NCBI GenBank assembly: GCA_964610305.1
Contig: CAZSVL010000001.1
Span: 6,083 to 70,082, forward strand
Source: an uncultured Gammaproteobacteria bacterium
GTDB taxonomy: Bacteria; Patescibacteriota; Patescibacteriia; Magasanikbacterales; JBBTXJ01
Length of the DNA stretch: 64,000 nucleotides
Direction: 5' to 3'
The notes beneath the pieces are model-generated. The model was not told the origin of the DNA. It did not search any database and was given only the letters and a program-made list of their open reading frames with translations. The first letter of the stretch is position 1. Each line of letters starts with the position of its first letter. Position numbers and translations under genes: made by a program. Shown here piece after piece: positions 8,217 through 17,503 of the stretch.

Positions 8217-8576
8217 ATGAGCTTTTTTGTTATAAAAAGACTTCTGTGGGAAACGGCTACCAGTCCGTTTGAAACAGCTGTTTGGTGGTATACCAAAGGG
8301 CTTTCTTCTGTTTCTCATTGGTATAGGTTTGTCATTGTTAGGGGTAATGCACGCTTGGGTGTATTGCTTTGGATAAAAAATATTTTTGTGCCCATGTACG
8401 GCCAGAGAGATTGGCAGGGCAGAGCCGTAAGTATTGGTGTGCGCATAGCGCAAATAATTGGGAGGGGTTTTGTTTTTATTTTATTGATAATAGGCATGAC
8501 GGCGCTGCTGCTGCTTTGGGTGGTGGGGCCGGTTCTTATTATTATGGGTTTGGTTAGTAGCTTACTTGGACTGTGA
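8217..8576 (+). CDS. hypothetical small membrane protein
   Basis: 119-aa ORF with a C-terminal TM run; its stop overlaps the GTG of the next gene (GTGA). Confidence 0.35.
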   Translation: MSFFVIKRLLWETATSPFETAVWWYTKGLSSVSHWYRFVIVRGNARLGVLLWIKNIFVPMYGQRDWQGRAVSIGVRIAQIIGRGFVFILLIIGMTALLLLWVVGPVLIIMGLVSSLLGL

Positions 8577-11191
8577 GATATCAAGAGAATCCAAAATTAG
8601 ATGTTGGCATTGAGGGGAGTATGGCTGGTATTGCCCACGAGGGAGGGAGGCTTTTGTGGAAGCGCCCGCTTACCGCAAATGCGGTGGCTCTGAGAGGTGC
8701 TCGAGCGCGTGTTAAACACATTAAATTAGTTGTGGTGCTTGTTGTTGCTATTGCGTGTATTGCCTTTTTTGTATACGGAACGCTTCTCGCGGCAAAAACG
8801 CCGGCGCTTACCATTTTGGCAGGTGCGTGGTGGTTTTCTGAGGCTGCTCGGCTTTTGTGGATTGGTTTGGCGTTTGGCGCATACGGAATATCGCTTTTGA
8901 TGAGACATAAAGACGCCGTGTATCAAGTTGCGGATATCTTCAATCAAGAAGTAGAAAACATTGAGCTTGCCTTTAACGAGGTCTTGCTTGAGATTATAGA
9001 TGAAAGTTATAAGTTAGCAGTAAAGCATGGAAGCAAAGAGTTTGCCGTAGAGCATCTGCTGGCAGGCTTGGGGGCAGATAAGCGGATAGAGAATATGCTT
9101 ATTAGGCTCAGACTTAATCCAAGCACTATTGCTGATTTTGCCACGCACGCTGTGGCAAAAGACGGATCGCCTAAGATGCATGTGCCAGCACAAACGTACA
9201 AGCTGCTGTTTGCTGCCTTTCTAGAGGCTCACCAGACTCATCAATTTCATGTAAGAGCAGAAGATTTGCTGCTTGTTTGCATTCGGGCATTGCCTGAATT
9301 GCAAGATGATCTTTATGAGGCGGGAGTAACAATGGAACAAGTAGAAAATGTGGTGGGATGGTTGCAAAGCTCAGCACAATTGCAGGATCAGCGAGATCTT
9401 TTTGCAAAAGCCGCCAGATCAAGGCCTACTACTGGTTTGGACAGAGCTATGACCGCCATTGCAACGCCACTGCTCAATAGCTACAGCAAGGATGTTACGC
9501 TAAGCGCTCAGTTTGGCTATGTTGGATCAATTGTAGGAAGAGAGCGGGTGATAGAGGGTATCCTTCAGAATTTTCAGGGCGGCGCGCCAGGTGTGCTATT
9601 AGTTGGAGAAGCCGGTGTTGGTAAAACAGCTATTGTAGAGGGGATTGCCCAGAGGATGGTTTTAGAAGATGTGCCAAAAAGTTTGCAAGACAAAAGAATG
9701 ATAGAGCTTCAGATAAGTGCGCTTTTGTCCGGTGCAAGTGCGTCTGAGGCAGGCGAGCGTCTTTTGGCTATGCTTACAGAGGTTCGGCAGGCCGGAAATG
9801 TAGTTATGTTTATTCCTGATATTCACACCCTAGTGGCTGCACGTGAAGGCGGTGAGGGCTCAATAAATGTAGCTGGAGTACTTAAAGAAGTGGTAGAAGG
9901 TAGCGGTATTCCCGTTATAGGTACCACGTCTCCAGAATATTACAGAAGAGTAATAAAAGGTTCAGTCTTGGAGAGTCTTCTTACTAGTTCAGACATACAG
10001 CCAATGGATGTGCAGCACACTATATCTGTGCTAGAAGCAAAAGTAGGGGTAGTAGAGTTCAAACAAAAAGTCTACTTTACCTATGAGGCCGTACAGGCAC
10101 TTGCCAAACACGCGCAGAAACACATGCAAAAGGCTCCACTGCCAAAAAGCGCTCTAGATCTCATGAAAGAGGTTGCGGTGGCTGTAAAAAATAAGAAGGG
10201 AGAGAAGAATATGGTTTTTGCAGAAGATGTGGCAGAGGTGGTGGCAGAGCAGACAAATATTCCTGTTACCGCCATAACAGCAGAAGAGGGTGATAAACTA
10301 CTGCAACTTGAAGAGCAAATGCACAAGCGTGTTATCGGTCAAGATGAGGCGGTTGCCGCGGTTTCTAACGCGTTGCGCAGAGCACGTGCAAAGCTTTCAT
10401 CTGGTAAGCGGCCAATAGCTAACTTTTTATTTGTTGGGCCCACGGGTGTTGGTAAAACAGAGCTTGCTAAGACCATCGCCAGCGTATATTTTGGAGGAGA
10501 AGATAAAATGCTGCGCTTTGATATGTCAGAGTATCAAGATAGCTCATCAATCTATAGGCTTATTGGCCAGCCAGACAAGCAGGGAAGTGGCGCATTAACA
10601 GAGGCGGTACGCGAGAATCCTTTTTCTTTGGTGCTTTTGGACGAGCTGGAAAAGGCGGACAAACAGGTTTTAAATATTTTCCTGCAGGTTATGGATGATG
10701 GGCGCATTACCGATAGCATTGGTCGTGTAGTAGATTTTACCAATGTCATTCTAATAGCAACTTCTAATGCGGCATCGCAATATATTGCGGATCAAGTAAG
10801 CGCTAAAGTTCCCTATGAGCAAGTGGTAGAGGGTCTTTTGCAAAAAGAGTTGCGTTCTCACTACGCTCCAGAGTTTCTTAATAGATTTGATGGCGTTATA
10901 GCCTTTCATCCTCTTTCTATTGAACATACCACGCAGATTGCAGATCTTATGGTACAATCGCTCGGTGCTACCATTGAGAAAGAGTACGGCGCTACGCTTA
11001 AGATTACAGAGGCTGCGCTCACCGAGTTGGCTCAGCAAGGTTTTGATCCTCAGTTTGGAGCGCGGCCTATGCGCAGAGCAATTCAAGAGCACGTGCAAAA
11101 CGCCGTGGCTAAGATGCTGCTGGAGCAGAGCGTTGGAAGAGGAAGTGTGATAACCTACGACAAAGGGGGAGTGGTTTCCGTAACCAATTAA
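8573..11191 (+). CDS. Clp/Hsp100 AAA+ ATPase with two nucleotide-binding domains (ClpC-like), possibly with an N-terminal two-TM extension
   Basis: Clp_N repeats, Walker A GEAGVGKTAIVEGIAQR and FLFVGPTGVGKTELAKTIA, sensor/arginine-finger regions; the alternative ATG at 8900 would give a soluble ClpC-length protein. Confidence 0.85.
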   Translation: MRYQENPKLDVGIEGSMAGIAHEGGRLLWKRPLTANAVALRGARARVKHIKLVVVLVVAIACIAFFVYGTLLAAKTPALTILAGAWWFSEAARLLWIGLAFGAYGISLLMRHKDAVYQVADIFNQEVENIELAFNEVLLEIIDESYKLAVKHGSKEFAVEHLLAGLGADKRIENMLIRLRLNPSTIADFATHAVAKDGSPKMHVPAQTYKLLFAAFLEAHQTHQFHVRAEDLLLVCIRALPELQDDLYEAGVTMEQVENVVGWLQSSAQLQDQRDLFAKAARSRPTTGLDRAMTAIATPLLNSYSKDVTLSAQFGYVGSIVGRERVIEGILQNFQGGAPGVLLVGEAGVGKTAIVEGIAQRMVLEDVPKSLQDKRMIELQISALLSGASASEAGERLLAMLTEVRQAGNVVMFIPDIHTLVAAREGGEGSINVAGVLKEVVEGSGIPVIGTTSPEYYRRVIKGSVLESLLTSSDIQPMDVQHTISVLEAKVGVVEFKQKVYFTYEAVQALAKHAQKHMQKAPLPKSALDLMKEVAVAVKNKKGEKNMVFAEDVAEVVAEQTNIPVTAITAEEGDKLLQLEEQMHKRVIGQDEAVAAVSNALRRARAKLSSGKRPIANFLFVGPTGVGKTELAKTIASVYFGGEDKMLRFDMSEYQDSSSIYRLIGQPDKQGSGALTEAVRENPFSLVLLDELEKADKQVLNIFLQVMDDGRITDSIGRVVDFTNVILIATSNAASQYIADQVSAKVPYEQVVEGLLQKELRSHYAPEFLNRFDGVIAFHPLSIEHTTQIADLMVQSLGATIEKEYGATLKITEAALTELAQQGFDPQFGARPMRRAIQEHVQNAVAKMLLEQSVGRGSVITYDKGGVVSVTN

Positions 11192-11196
11192 AGTTT

Positions 11197-12243
11197 ATGA
11201 TGTACCTGGTTGTGGTGGGGGGTGTTTTTACAACAACACTTATATTCACCTTGATAATACGCGCATTGGCGCGGCATTTTAAAATTGTAGATAGGCCTCA
11301 ACTTTCAGGGCGTAAAATTCACAAGAAAGCAGTTCCGCTCTTAGGTGGGTTAGCTCTTTATGCAAGTATTAGCTTGGCGATACTCTTGCTTTTGAAGTTT
11401 AGGCCCGGGCTTCTGACAGTTAATATCTCCTCTATAGAGATTCTTTTTGCTCTTGCTGGCGGAGCTGCAATCATCATCGGTGGAATTATAGACGATATTT
11501 ATGATCTTCCGCCCAGCAAACAAATGGTTTTTCCCATTGTTGCGGTTTTGATTACTTTTTTGGGAGGAATAGAGCTTCTTGAGATTACTAATCCTTTTGG
11601 TGGTGTTGTAAAACTAGACGCTTATAGTTGGGGTCCTTTTATAGTATTGGGCGATGCTTTAGTTGTTGCTTGGCTCTTTGGCATGACCTATACCACCAAA
11701 TTGCTTGATGGATTAGATGGTTTGGCTACGGGCGTAGTGGGAATTGGAGCGCTTATGATAGCGGGACTCTCTCTTTTTACAGAATATTATCAACCAGATG
11801 TGGCCATGCTTTCCCTTATTCTTGCGGCGGCATGCGGCGCCTTTTTGCTTTTTAATTGGCATCCAGCCAGTATTTTTTTGGGGGAGGGCGGAAGTTTATT
11901 TTTAGGATTCTTCCTTGGTGTTTTAGCGGTGATAGCTGGAGGAAAAATCGCAACCACTTTGCTTGTTATGGGGCTTCCGGTAATGGATGTTATTTGGGTA
12001 ATTGCTAGACGGCTGTGGTCTGGAGGAAAAGTGACCGTGGCAGATGCCGGACATCTTCACCATCGGCTATTAAAAGCGGGATTTTCACAAAAAGGAGCAG
12101 TGGGTTTTATGTATGGCGTGAGCATTCTCTTTGGTGGAGCAGCTTTGGTACTGCAAGGGCCCTATAAACTTATGGCACTCATTTTCTTGGTTATCTTTAT
12201 GATGTTGTTGGGCTATGCGCTTATAGAAGGAAAGAAAATATGA
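11197..12243 (+). CDS. glycosyltransferase family 4 polyprenyl-phosphate sugar-phosphate transferase (MraY/WecA family)
   Basis: About 10 TM helices, IDDIYDL and LLDGLDGLATG motifs (DDxxD, NxxDGxDGL); dcw neighbourhood favours MraY, but its size also fits WecA. Confidence 0.7.
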   Translation: MMYLVVVGGVFTTTLIFTLIIRALARHFKIVDRPQLSGRKIHKKAVPLLGGLALYASISLAILLLLKFRPGLLTVNISSIEILFALAGGAAIIIGGIIDDIYDLPPSKQMVFPIVAVLITFLGGIELLEITNPFGGVVKLDAYSWGPFIVLGDALVVAWLFGMTYTTKLLDGLDGLATGVVGIGALMIAGLSLFTEYYQPDVAMLSLILAAACGAFLLFNWHPASIFLGEGGSLFLGFFLGVLAVIAGGKIATTLLVMGLPVMDVIWVIARRLWSGGKVTVADAGHLHHRLLKAGFSQKGAVGFMYGVSILFGGAALVLQGPYKLMALIFLVIFMMLLGYALIEGKKI

Positions 12244-12719
12244 TCGGCTTTATTTCTAAAATGACAAAATCTTCTCAAGCACAGATCAGTGTTGCGTTTT
12301 TTGTCATTATTCTGGGTGCGGCAGGGCTTTTGTCTATTTGGCAGCGGGTGGATACAACGGATATTTTCACTATCAAAGGGGAGGTGCTAGAATTAGAATT
12401 AGCGGTTTTGCCTGAAGATAGGAAGAAGGGTCTTTCAGATAGAGAGCAGATAGGGTATGACGGAATGGCGTTTTTGTTTCCCACAACCGCTCAGCATGGA
12501 ATCTGGATGAAGGACATGCTTTTTTCTATTGATATTGTGTGGGTGAGGGGAACAGAAATTGTAGATATTGCACCAAGTGTGCCATTTCCAGAACCAGATA
12601 CTCATCCGTCAGAATTGCCGGTCTATTTACCTCGGCAGAGCGCCAATGTGGTAATAGAGTTGCCGGCGGGATGGGCAAAAGAGCATGATTTGCTCATAGG
12701 AGACACCGTAACAAGATAA
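12240..12719 (+). CDS. DUF192-family protein
   Basis: N-terminal TM plus GMAFLFPTTAQHGIWMKDMLFSIDIVWV, resembling the DUF192 (COG1430) core. Confidence 0.5.
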   Translation: MIGFISKMTKSSQAQISVAFFVIILGAAGLLSIWQRVDTTDIFTIKGEVLELELAVLPEDRKKGLSDREQIGYDGMAFLFPTTAQHGIWMKDMLFSIDIVWVRGTEIVDIAPSVPFPEPDTHPSELPVYLPRQSANVVIELPAGWAKEHDLLIGDTVTR

Positions 12720-12791
12720 GGGTTGACAGGATGTGGGCGCTATAGTACACTAGTGCCAGTTTCCTTTTCAAGATTGATATAAAAATTTACT

Positions 12792-13106
12792 ATGATTGCT
12801 GTTATTGAAACCGGCGGAAAGCAATATCTTATTAAAGAAGGCGATACCCTTGCTATTGAAAAGCTTCCCGTAGAAGCAGGGCAAGAGGTAGAGTTTGATA
12901 AGGTTTTGCTGACCGCGCAAGCTGACGGGACAGATCTCAAAGTAGGAGCGCCATATTTGGATGGTGTGACTATAAAAGCAGATCTGACGGATCAGTACAG
13001 AGCAAGAAAAATTAGAGTGATTAAATACAAAGCAAAGGTGCGCTATAAGAAAGTCTACGGACACAGGCAGCACCAGAGCAAGGTAAAAATCAAATCTCTT
13101 GCATAA
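12792..13106 (+). CDS. rplU: 50S ribosomal protein L21
   Basis: MIAVIETGGKQYLIKEGDTL... and a basic C-terminus; 104 aa. Confidence 0.9.
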   Translation: MIAVIETGGKQYLIKEGDTLAIEKLPVEAGQEVEFDKVLLTAQADGTDLKVGAPYLDGVTIKADLTDQYRARKIRVIKYKAKVRYKKVYGHRQHQSKVKIKSLA

Positions 13107-13107
13107 G

Positions 13108-13129
13108 ACACGCCTACGCGTGTTTTTTG
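13108..13129 (+). terminator. rho-independent terminator after rplU
   Basis: ACACGC-CTAC-GCGTGT hairpin plus T6, 2 nt after the stop. Confidence 0.6.
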
Positions 13130-13173
13130 CTTGTCAGAGCAGCATAAAAAAAGCCCGGCATCCCACCAGGCTT

Positions 13174-13767
13174 TTATATTTGTTGTCTACCTTGCAAGGC
13201 GTCCGTTAGCGTCATCTCATCGGCATAGTCTAAATCTGACCCGAGAGGCAGGCCACGCGCTAGCCTGGTGATTTTTATGTCCTTTCCCTCAAGTTGTTTC
13301 TGAATATACATGCTGGTAGTTTCTCCGCGCATGTCTGGGTTGAGGGCTAGTATTATCTCTCTTATTTCATTGCTTGAGATTCTGCTGAGCAGGGCAGATA
13401 TGGTGAGATTGTCTGGCGAGATGCTGCGTGCTGGATCTAGGGTTCCACGCAAAACATGATACAGGCCTTTATATGCGCCGCTGCGCTCTAGTGCCTGCAC
13501 GTCTTGAGGGTCTGCAACCACACAGATGGCATTTTTTTCTCTTTGGGGGTTGCTGCAAATAGCACACGTAGGCTGATCGCTAAAATCAAAACAAATACTG
13601 CATGAGCGTGCAGATTGTAAGATTTCCTGCAACGCCGTGGTAAGAGTATTTACTTCTCGCTTTCCTCTTTTCAGCAGATAAAAAACAAACCGCTCGGCTG
13701 TTTTTGGTCCTATGCCGGGCAGTTTGCAAAAAGCGTCAATGAGTTTTTGAATACTTGGTGAGTACAT
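13174..13767 (-). CDS. recR: recombination protein RecR
   Basis: MYSPSIQKLIDAFCKLPGIGPKTAERFVFYLL (HhH), C4 zinc finger CSICFDFSDQPTCAIC, Toprim region. Confidence 0.9.
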   Translation of the reverse strand: MYSPSIQKLIDAFCKLPGIGPKTAERFVFYLLKRGKREVNTLTTALQEILQSARSCSICFDFSDQPTCAICSNPQREKNAICVVADPQDVQALERSGAYKGLYHVLRGTLDPARSISPDNLTISALLSRISSNEIREIILALNPDMRGETTSMYIQKQLEGKDIKITRLARGLPLGSDLDYADEMTLTDALQGRQQI

Positions 13768-13807
13768 TTATTGTTACCCCCTGTTACGAGTTACCAGTTA
13801 CGAGTTA

Positions 13808-14104
13808 CTAATTTTTAAACATATCCATGCCACCAGATTCTCTCATTTTCTCCGCCATGATTTTTTGGATTTTCTTTTGCGCGTTGTTAAATGCGTCTTT
13901 GGTGGATTCTTCAATCTGTTTTGCGTTTTCTGGGCGGAGCATTTCTGGATCAATGCTAAAATCTTGAACGCTCATGTTGCCATCCATTTTTAGGCTGATG
14001 CGTCCACCAAATTCTGATACTTCAACAGATTCATCTGCTAATTGATTTTGTAGCGTCTTAGCCTGGTCTCTGATGTCTTTAAATTGTTTGAGTTTGTTGA
14101 ACAT
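13808..14104 (-). CDS. ybaB: nucleoid-associated protein YbaB/EbfC
   Basis: MFNKLKQFKDIRDQAKTLQNQL..., 98 aa, upstream of recR. Confidence 0.85.
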   Translation of the reverse strand: MFNKLKQFKDIRDQAKTLQNQLADESVEVSEFGGRISLKMDGNMSVQDFSIDPEMLRPENAKQIEESTKDAFNNAQKKIQKIMAEKMRESGGMDMFKN

Positions 14105-14112
14105 AAAGTTTG

Positions 14113-15525
14113 TTAGAATTGAGGAGTTTTACTTGGTTGTGGAGTATTAGGGGCGGGCATGTGTTGTCTTTCCATATTTCTAAAACTAGCACGTTCTGCG
14201 TCAAAAATCAACTTCACCATGCCGGTGGGGCCGTTTCTGTGCTTTGCAACGTGAACTTCTCCAATGCGGCGCTCATCTGGCGGAATATCCTCCAGCCGAT
14301 AGTTTCTGTCTGCCGCCTTTCGGTATAAGAATATCACAACGTCGGCATCTTGCTCAATGGATCCGCTATCTCTAAGGTGAGAGAGTTTTGGAATGGCTGG
14401 CTTTGTTGATTCAACGGCGCGGGATAGCTGAGAGAGTGCTAGAACCGGAATATTAAGCTCTCTGGCAATTCCCTTCAGGCCACGGCTTATTTCTGCAATT
14501 TCTTGCACACGATTCTCGCTGCTAGATTTGCCGCGTCCTTCCATAAGTTGCAAATAATCTACTACTATCATACTCAGACCATGCTCTGTTTGTAGTCTGC
14601 GCGCTTTTGCACGGATCTGCATTATATTTACATTGGGCGTGTCATCAATAAAAATAGGAGATTCAGAAAGGATACCCATGGCATGGCCAATTCTTGGGAA
14701 ATCATCGTCTTCTGGTTTGTCTGAGAGTCTGCCTGTCCTCATGCGCCATAAATCCACGTTGGCTTGCGCGCATAAAAGTCTGTCTACAAGCTGCTCTTTG
14801 CTCATTTCAAGTGAGAACATGCCAACTGCCTTTTTTTGTTTGACCGCAGCGTGGCGCATAATGTCTAGCGCAAGGCTGGTTTTTCCTACCGATGGACGCG
14901 CAGCCAGTATAACTAAGTCTGATTTTTGAAAACCTGCTAAAATGTTATCCAGCGCAACATAACCACTAGGGATGCCACGCATCTCTCCCTTGTTTTTATG
15001 CATTTCATCAATGCGCTCAAACGTGTTGGCCAAAACGCTGCGGATGGGGGTAAACGCAGCTTTAAGAAAATTAGATGAAACATTGAAAAGTTTTTGCTGT
15101 GCCTCATCTAAAATAGCCTCTAAATCATGCTCTTCATCAAATCCGAGCTCTGTAATTCTTGCTGATGCAGAAAGAAGCCTTCTAAGCGTAGCTTTTTTAT
15201 GTATAATACGCGCATAGTTGACGGCATTGGCTGTGCTGGGTACGCTGTTGGTAAGCTCTGCCAGATATGATTTTCCGCCAGAATCTTCTAGTTGCTTTTT
15301 TTCCTCTAGGCGAGCGCTTACGGTTAGCAAATCTACCGCTTCATTTTTTTCGGAAAGTTCTAAAATGATATTATAGATATTGCGGTGCTTTTCTAAATAA
15401 AAATCAGCCTCTTTTGCAACATCAAGTACTCTAAAGAGAATATCTTTGTCCAGCATAAGCGCGCCCAGCAGAGAGCGCTCTGCCTCTATATTTTGCGGCT
15501 GAATTTTTCCTGCTTGTTCTGGCAT
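14113..15525 (-). CDS. dnaB: replicative DNA helicase DnaB
   Basis: N-terminal ERSLLGALMLD, Walker A ARPSVGKTSLALD, RecA-like C-domain; 470 aa. Confidence 0.9.
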   Translation of the reverse strand: MPEQAGKIQPQNIEAERSLLGALMLDKDILFRVLDVAKEADFYLEKHRNIYNIILELSEKNEAVDLLTVSARLEEKKQLEDSGGKSYLAELTNSVPSTANAVNYARIIHKKATLRRLLSASARITELGFDEEHDLEAILDEAQQKLFNVSSNFLKAAFTPIRSVLANTFERIDEMHKNKGEMRGIPSGYVALDNILAGFQKSDLVILAARPSVGKTSLALDIMRHAAVKQKKAVGMFSLEMSKEQLVDRLLCAQANVDLWRMRTGRLSDKPEDDDFPRIGHAMGILSESPIFIDDTPNVNIMQIRAKARRLQTEHGLSMIVVDYLQLMEGRGKSSSENRVQEIAEISRGLKGIARELNIPVLALSQLSRAVESTKPAIPKLSHLRDSGSIEQDADVVIFLYRKAADRNYRLEDIPPDERRIGEVHVAKHRNGPTGMVKLIFDAERASFRNMERQHMPAPNTPQPSKTPQF

Positions 15526-15592
15526 GGATGGTTATCTTAGCGCAGCAAGCGGACCCTGGCAACCAGATAAGGGGATAGCATGTGCACTGACT

Positions 15593-16669
15593 GTGAAAAT
15601 ACTCATAATTTCAAATTTATATCCTCCTTATGAGCGCGGTGGCGCCGAGCTTGTGGTACGAGAAGAAGCAAGAGAATTAAGAGATCAAGGGCATAGCGTT
15701 TTTGTTCTAACCAGTACGCCTTTTTCTGGTTTAAAGTCACTTTTGCCAAAGGCAAAAATAGAAGACGGCATTGCCGTGCTAAGATACTTTCCGCTCAATA
15801 TATTTTGGTATCGCCATGATTGGAAATTTTCAAAAGTGATACGCCTGCTTTGGCATATTTTTGATACCTTTAACATCCATAGTTATTTTGTAACGTTGCG
15901 TGTTCTCAGAGAGTTAAAACCTGAGCAGGTAAGAACTCATAATTTAAAGGGCGTTGGTCTAACTACAGCCTTGGCTCTGAGAAAGAGAGTAAGGTCTCAT
16001 TGGACTCATTTTATTCACGACGTCCAGCTTTTTGAGCCTAGTGGGCTGCTCTATAAAAAAAGTACTCTGGGAGCCGGTTTTTATACGGCTATGTGCCGAT
16101 GGCTTTTTGGATCGCCTGCTTGTGTAGAGGCTCCATCTTTTTGGGTAATTAATGAGCATAAACAGCGCGGTTTTTTTAAGGAAAGTACCTTTAGTGTGGT
16201 CAAATGGTATCCAGATCCTCAGCCGCTTCTGGAATCAGATAAAAAAAAGAATCCAAAGTTTTTATTCGTAGGTCAACTTGCGGAGCATAAAGGTATTATA
16301 TTTTTGGCAGATGTACTTGCCGATGTGCCGGCCGGCTATACTCTTGATGTAGTTGGCGGAGGGCCACTGGAGCAGACCGTGCGTAAGCGTTTTTCAGGAA
16401 ATCCGTGGGTGCATTTTCATGGCCGCGTAACACAACAGGAAGTGCGCGGACTTCTTGCTGATGCAGATTATTTGTTGGTACCATCGCTGGCCGCAGAGAA
16501 TTGTCCAACGGTGATTGTAGATGCGCTTAATCTGGATGTTCCGGTGATTTCCAGCACCGTGGGAGGCATTCCGGAAATGATAAATCACGGCGTAAATGGT
16601 TTGTTGGTAGAACCAGCAGATCAAAAGGCGTGGAAAGGTATCCTAGAGGAATTATTGACAAACGTCTGA
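15593..16669 (+). CDS. glycosyltransferase family 4 (GT-B, RfaB-like)
   Basis: ILIISNLYPPYERGGAE N-domain; C-domain LVPSLAAENCPTVIVDALNLDVPVISSTVGGIPEMINHGVNGLLV. The ORF-track ATG at 15524 would overlap the divergent dnaB start, so the in-frame GTG at 15593 is preferred. Confidence 0.75.
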   Translation: MKILIISNLYPPYERGGAELVVREEARELRDQGHSVFVLTSTPFSGLKSLLPKAKIEDGIAVLRYFPLNIFWYRHDWKFSKVIRLLWHIFDTFNIHSYFVTLRVLRELKPEQVRTHNLKGVGLTTALALRKRVRSHWTHFIHDVQLFEPSGLLYKKSTLGAGFYTAMCRWLFGSPACVEAPSFWVINEHKQRGFFKESTFSVVKWYPDPQPLLESDKKKNPKFLFVGQLAEHKGIIFLADVLADVPAGYTLDVVGGGPLEQTVRKRFSGNPWVHFHGRVTQQEVRGLLADADYLLVPSLAAENCPTVIVDALNLDVPVISSTVGGIPEMINHGVNGLLVEPADQKAWKGILEELLTNV

Positions 16670-16699
16670 TTTCTGACTATGCTTAAATAGGAGGTAAGC

Positions 16700-17005
16700 A
16701 TGAAACACATAGGACTGGCGATTTTGTGGGCATGTCTACTTGTGCTTGTTGTTCCTTTTACCGTTGTAGCTCTACCTTTTGTTGCAATTGCGTATTGGGC
16801 GGATAAATGGGCAGACAATGCCTATGAGCTGGCCGCTGAGCGAGAAGATTATCAAGGTTATGATTATGAGCCGTGGCCGGAGGGCACTTTGTTTTATTTT
16901 GTAGTTCAAGTGTTTTCCCTTATGGTTATGAGCGCTGGCATTGGACCTCTGAGGCATAGTATGGACAAAGTTTCCTATTATGGTGTTAGGGCAATGCAGT
17001 CATGA
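16700..17005 (+). CDS. hypothetical small membrane protein with an acidic Tyr-rich segment (EREDYQGYDYEPWPEG)
   Basis: 101-aa ORF with N- and C-terminal TM helices; tandem with a similar ORF. Confidence 0.4.
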   Translation: MKHIGLAILWACLLVLVVPFTVVALPFVAIAYWADKWADNAYELAAEREDYQGYDYEPWPEGTLFYFVVQVFSLMVMSAGIGPLRHSMDKVSYYGVRAMQS

Positions 17006-17295
17006 GAGAGTTAGGAAAGATGCTCTTTTGGGGAGGATGTACTGCCGCTTGCACTCCGCTTGCCGTTGTTTACAGCCCCATCTCATTAACCACATGGCTA
17101 TTGGCCCGTGAGCTTTTTGATGAGGACGATGATGAGATTGACTATGAAGAAAAGTACGGCGACATGGGAGGTTTTGTTGTCTTGTGGGAGTTTGCCGTGA
17201 AAGTCGCGGTGGGCGGCATTATGCTCTGGGGTGTTGCCCCTTTGCTTGCAAGTGCTACTAACACCAAAGAGAGTTTTGATAGATTGCGCAGATAG
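17002..17295 (+). CDS. hypothetical small membrane protein with an acidic Tyr-rich segment (DEDDDEIDYEEKYGD); likely paralogue of the upstream ORF
   Basis: 97-aa ORF, same TM-acidic-TM layout, 4-nt overlap. Confidence 0.4.
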   Translation: MRELGKMLFWGGCTAACTPLAVVYSPISLTTWLLARELFDEDDDEIDYEEKYGDMGGFVVLWEFAVKVAVGGIMLWGVAPLLASATNTKESFDRLRR

Positions 17296-17340
17296 TACCC
17301 CAGTTTCTGGGGTTTTTTTATTCATCGCGAGAAAAACCCG

Positions 17341-17503
17341 GCCGCGGCGCGGGCGTCATCCCGGAATTTTGCGCAGCAAAATATCCGGGATCTCAAGAAC
17401 GCTTTGCCGCAGGTGTTTTTACTTGAGATCCCGGGTCAAGCCCGGGATGACAAGATGCGAAGCATTTTAGAAAAAGATACCACGGCCGTGAGGCCGTGGA
17501 GTT
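17341..17503. repeat. composite intergenic repeat, copy B (about 165 bp), twin of 671-834; ends at the dinB stop codon
   Basis: Type-1 hairpin 17355-17394, type-2 hairpin (rev) 17422-17454, tail ...GACAAGATGCGAAGC...ACCACGGCCGTGAGGCCGTGGAGTTTCATTTAAG. Confidence 0.7.

Noticed and set aside
10081-11098. Several minus-strand ORFs inside the Clp ATPase gene (for example 10751..11098)
   Set aside because: They are embedded antisense in a strongly supported AAA+ gene.
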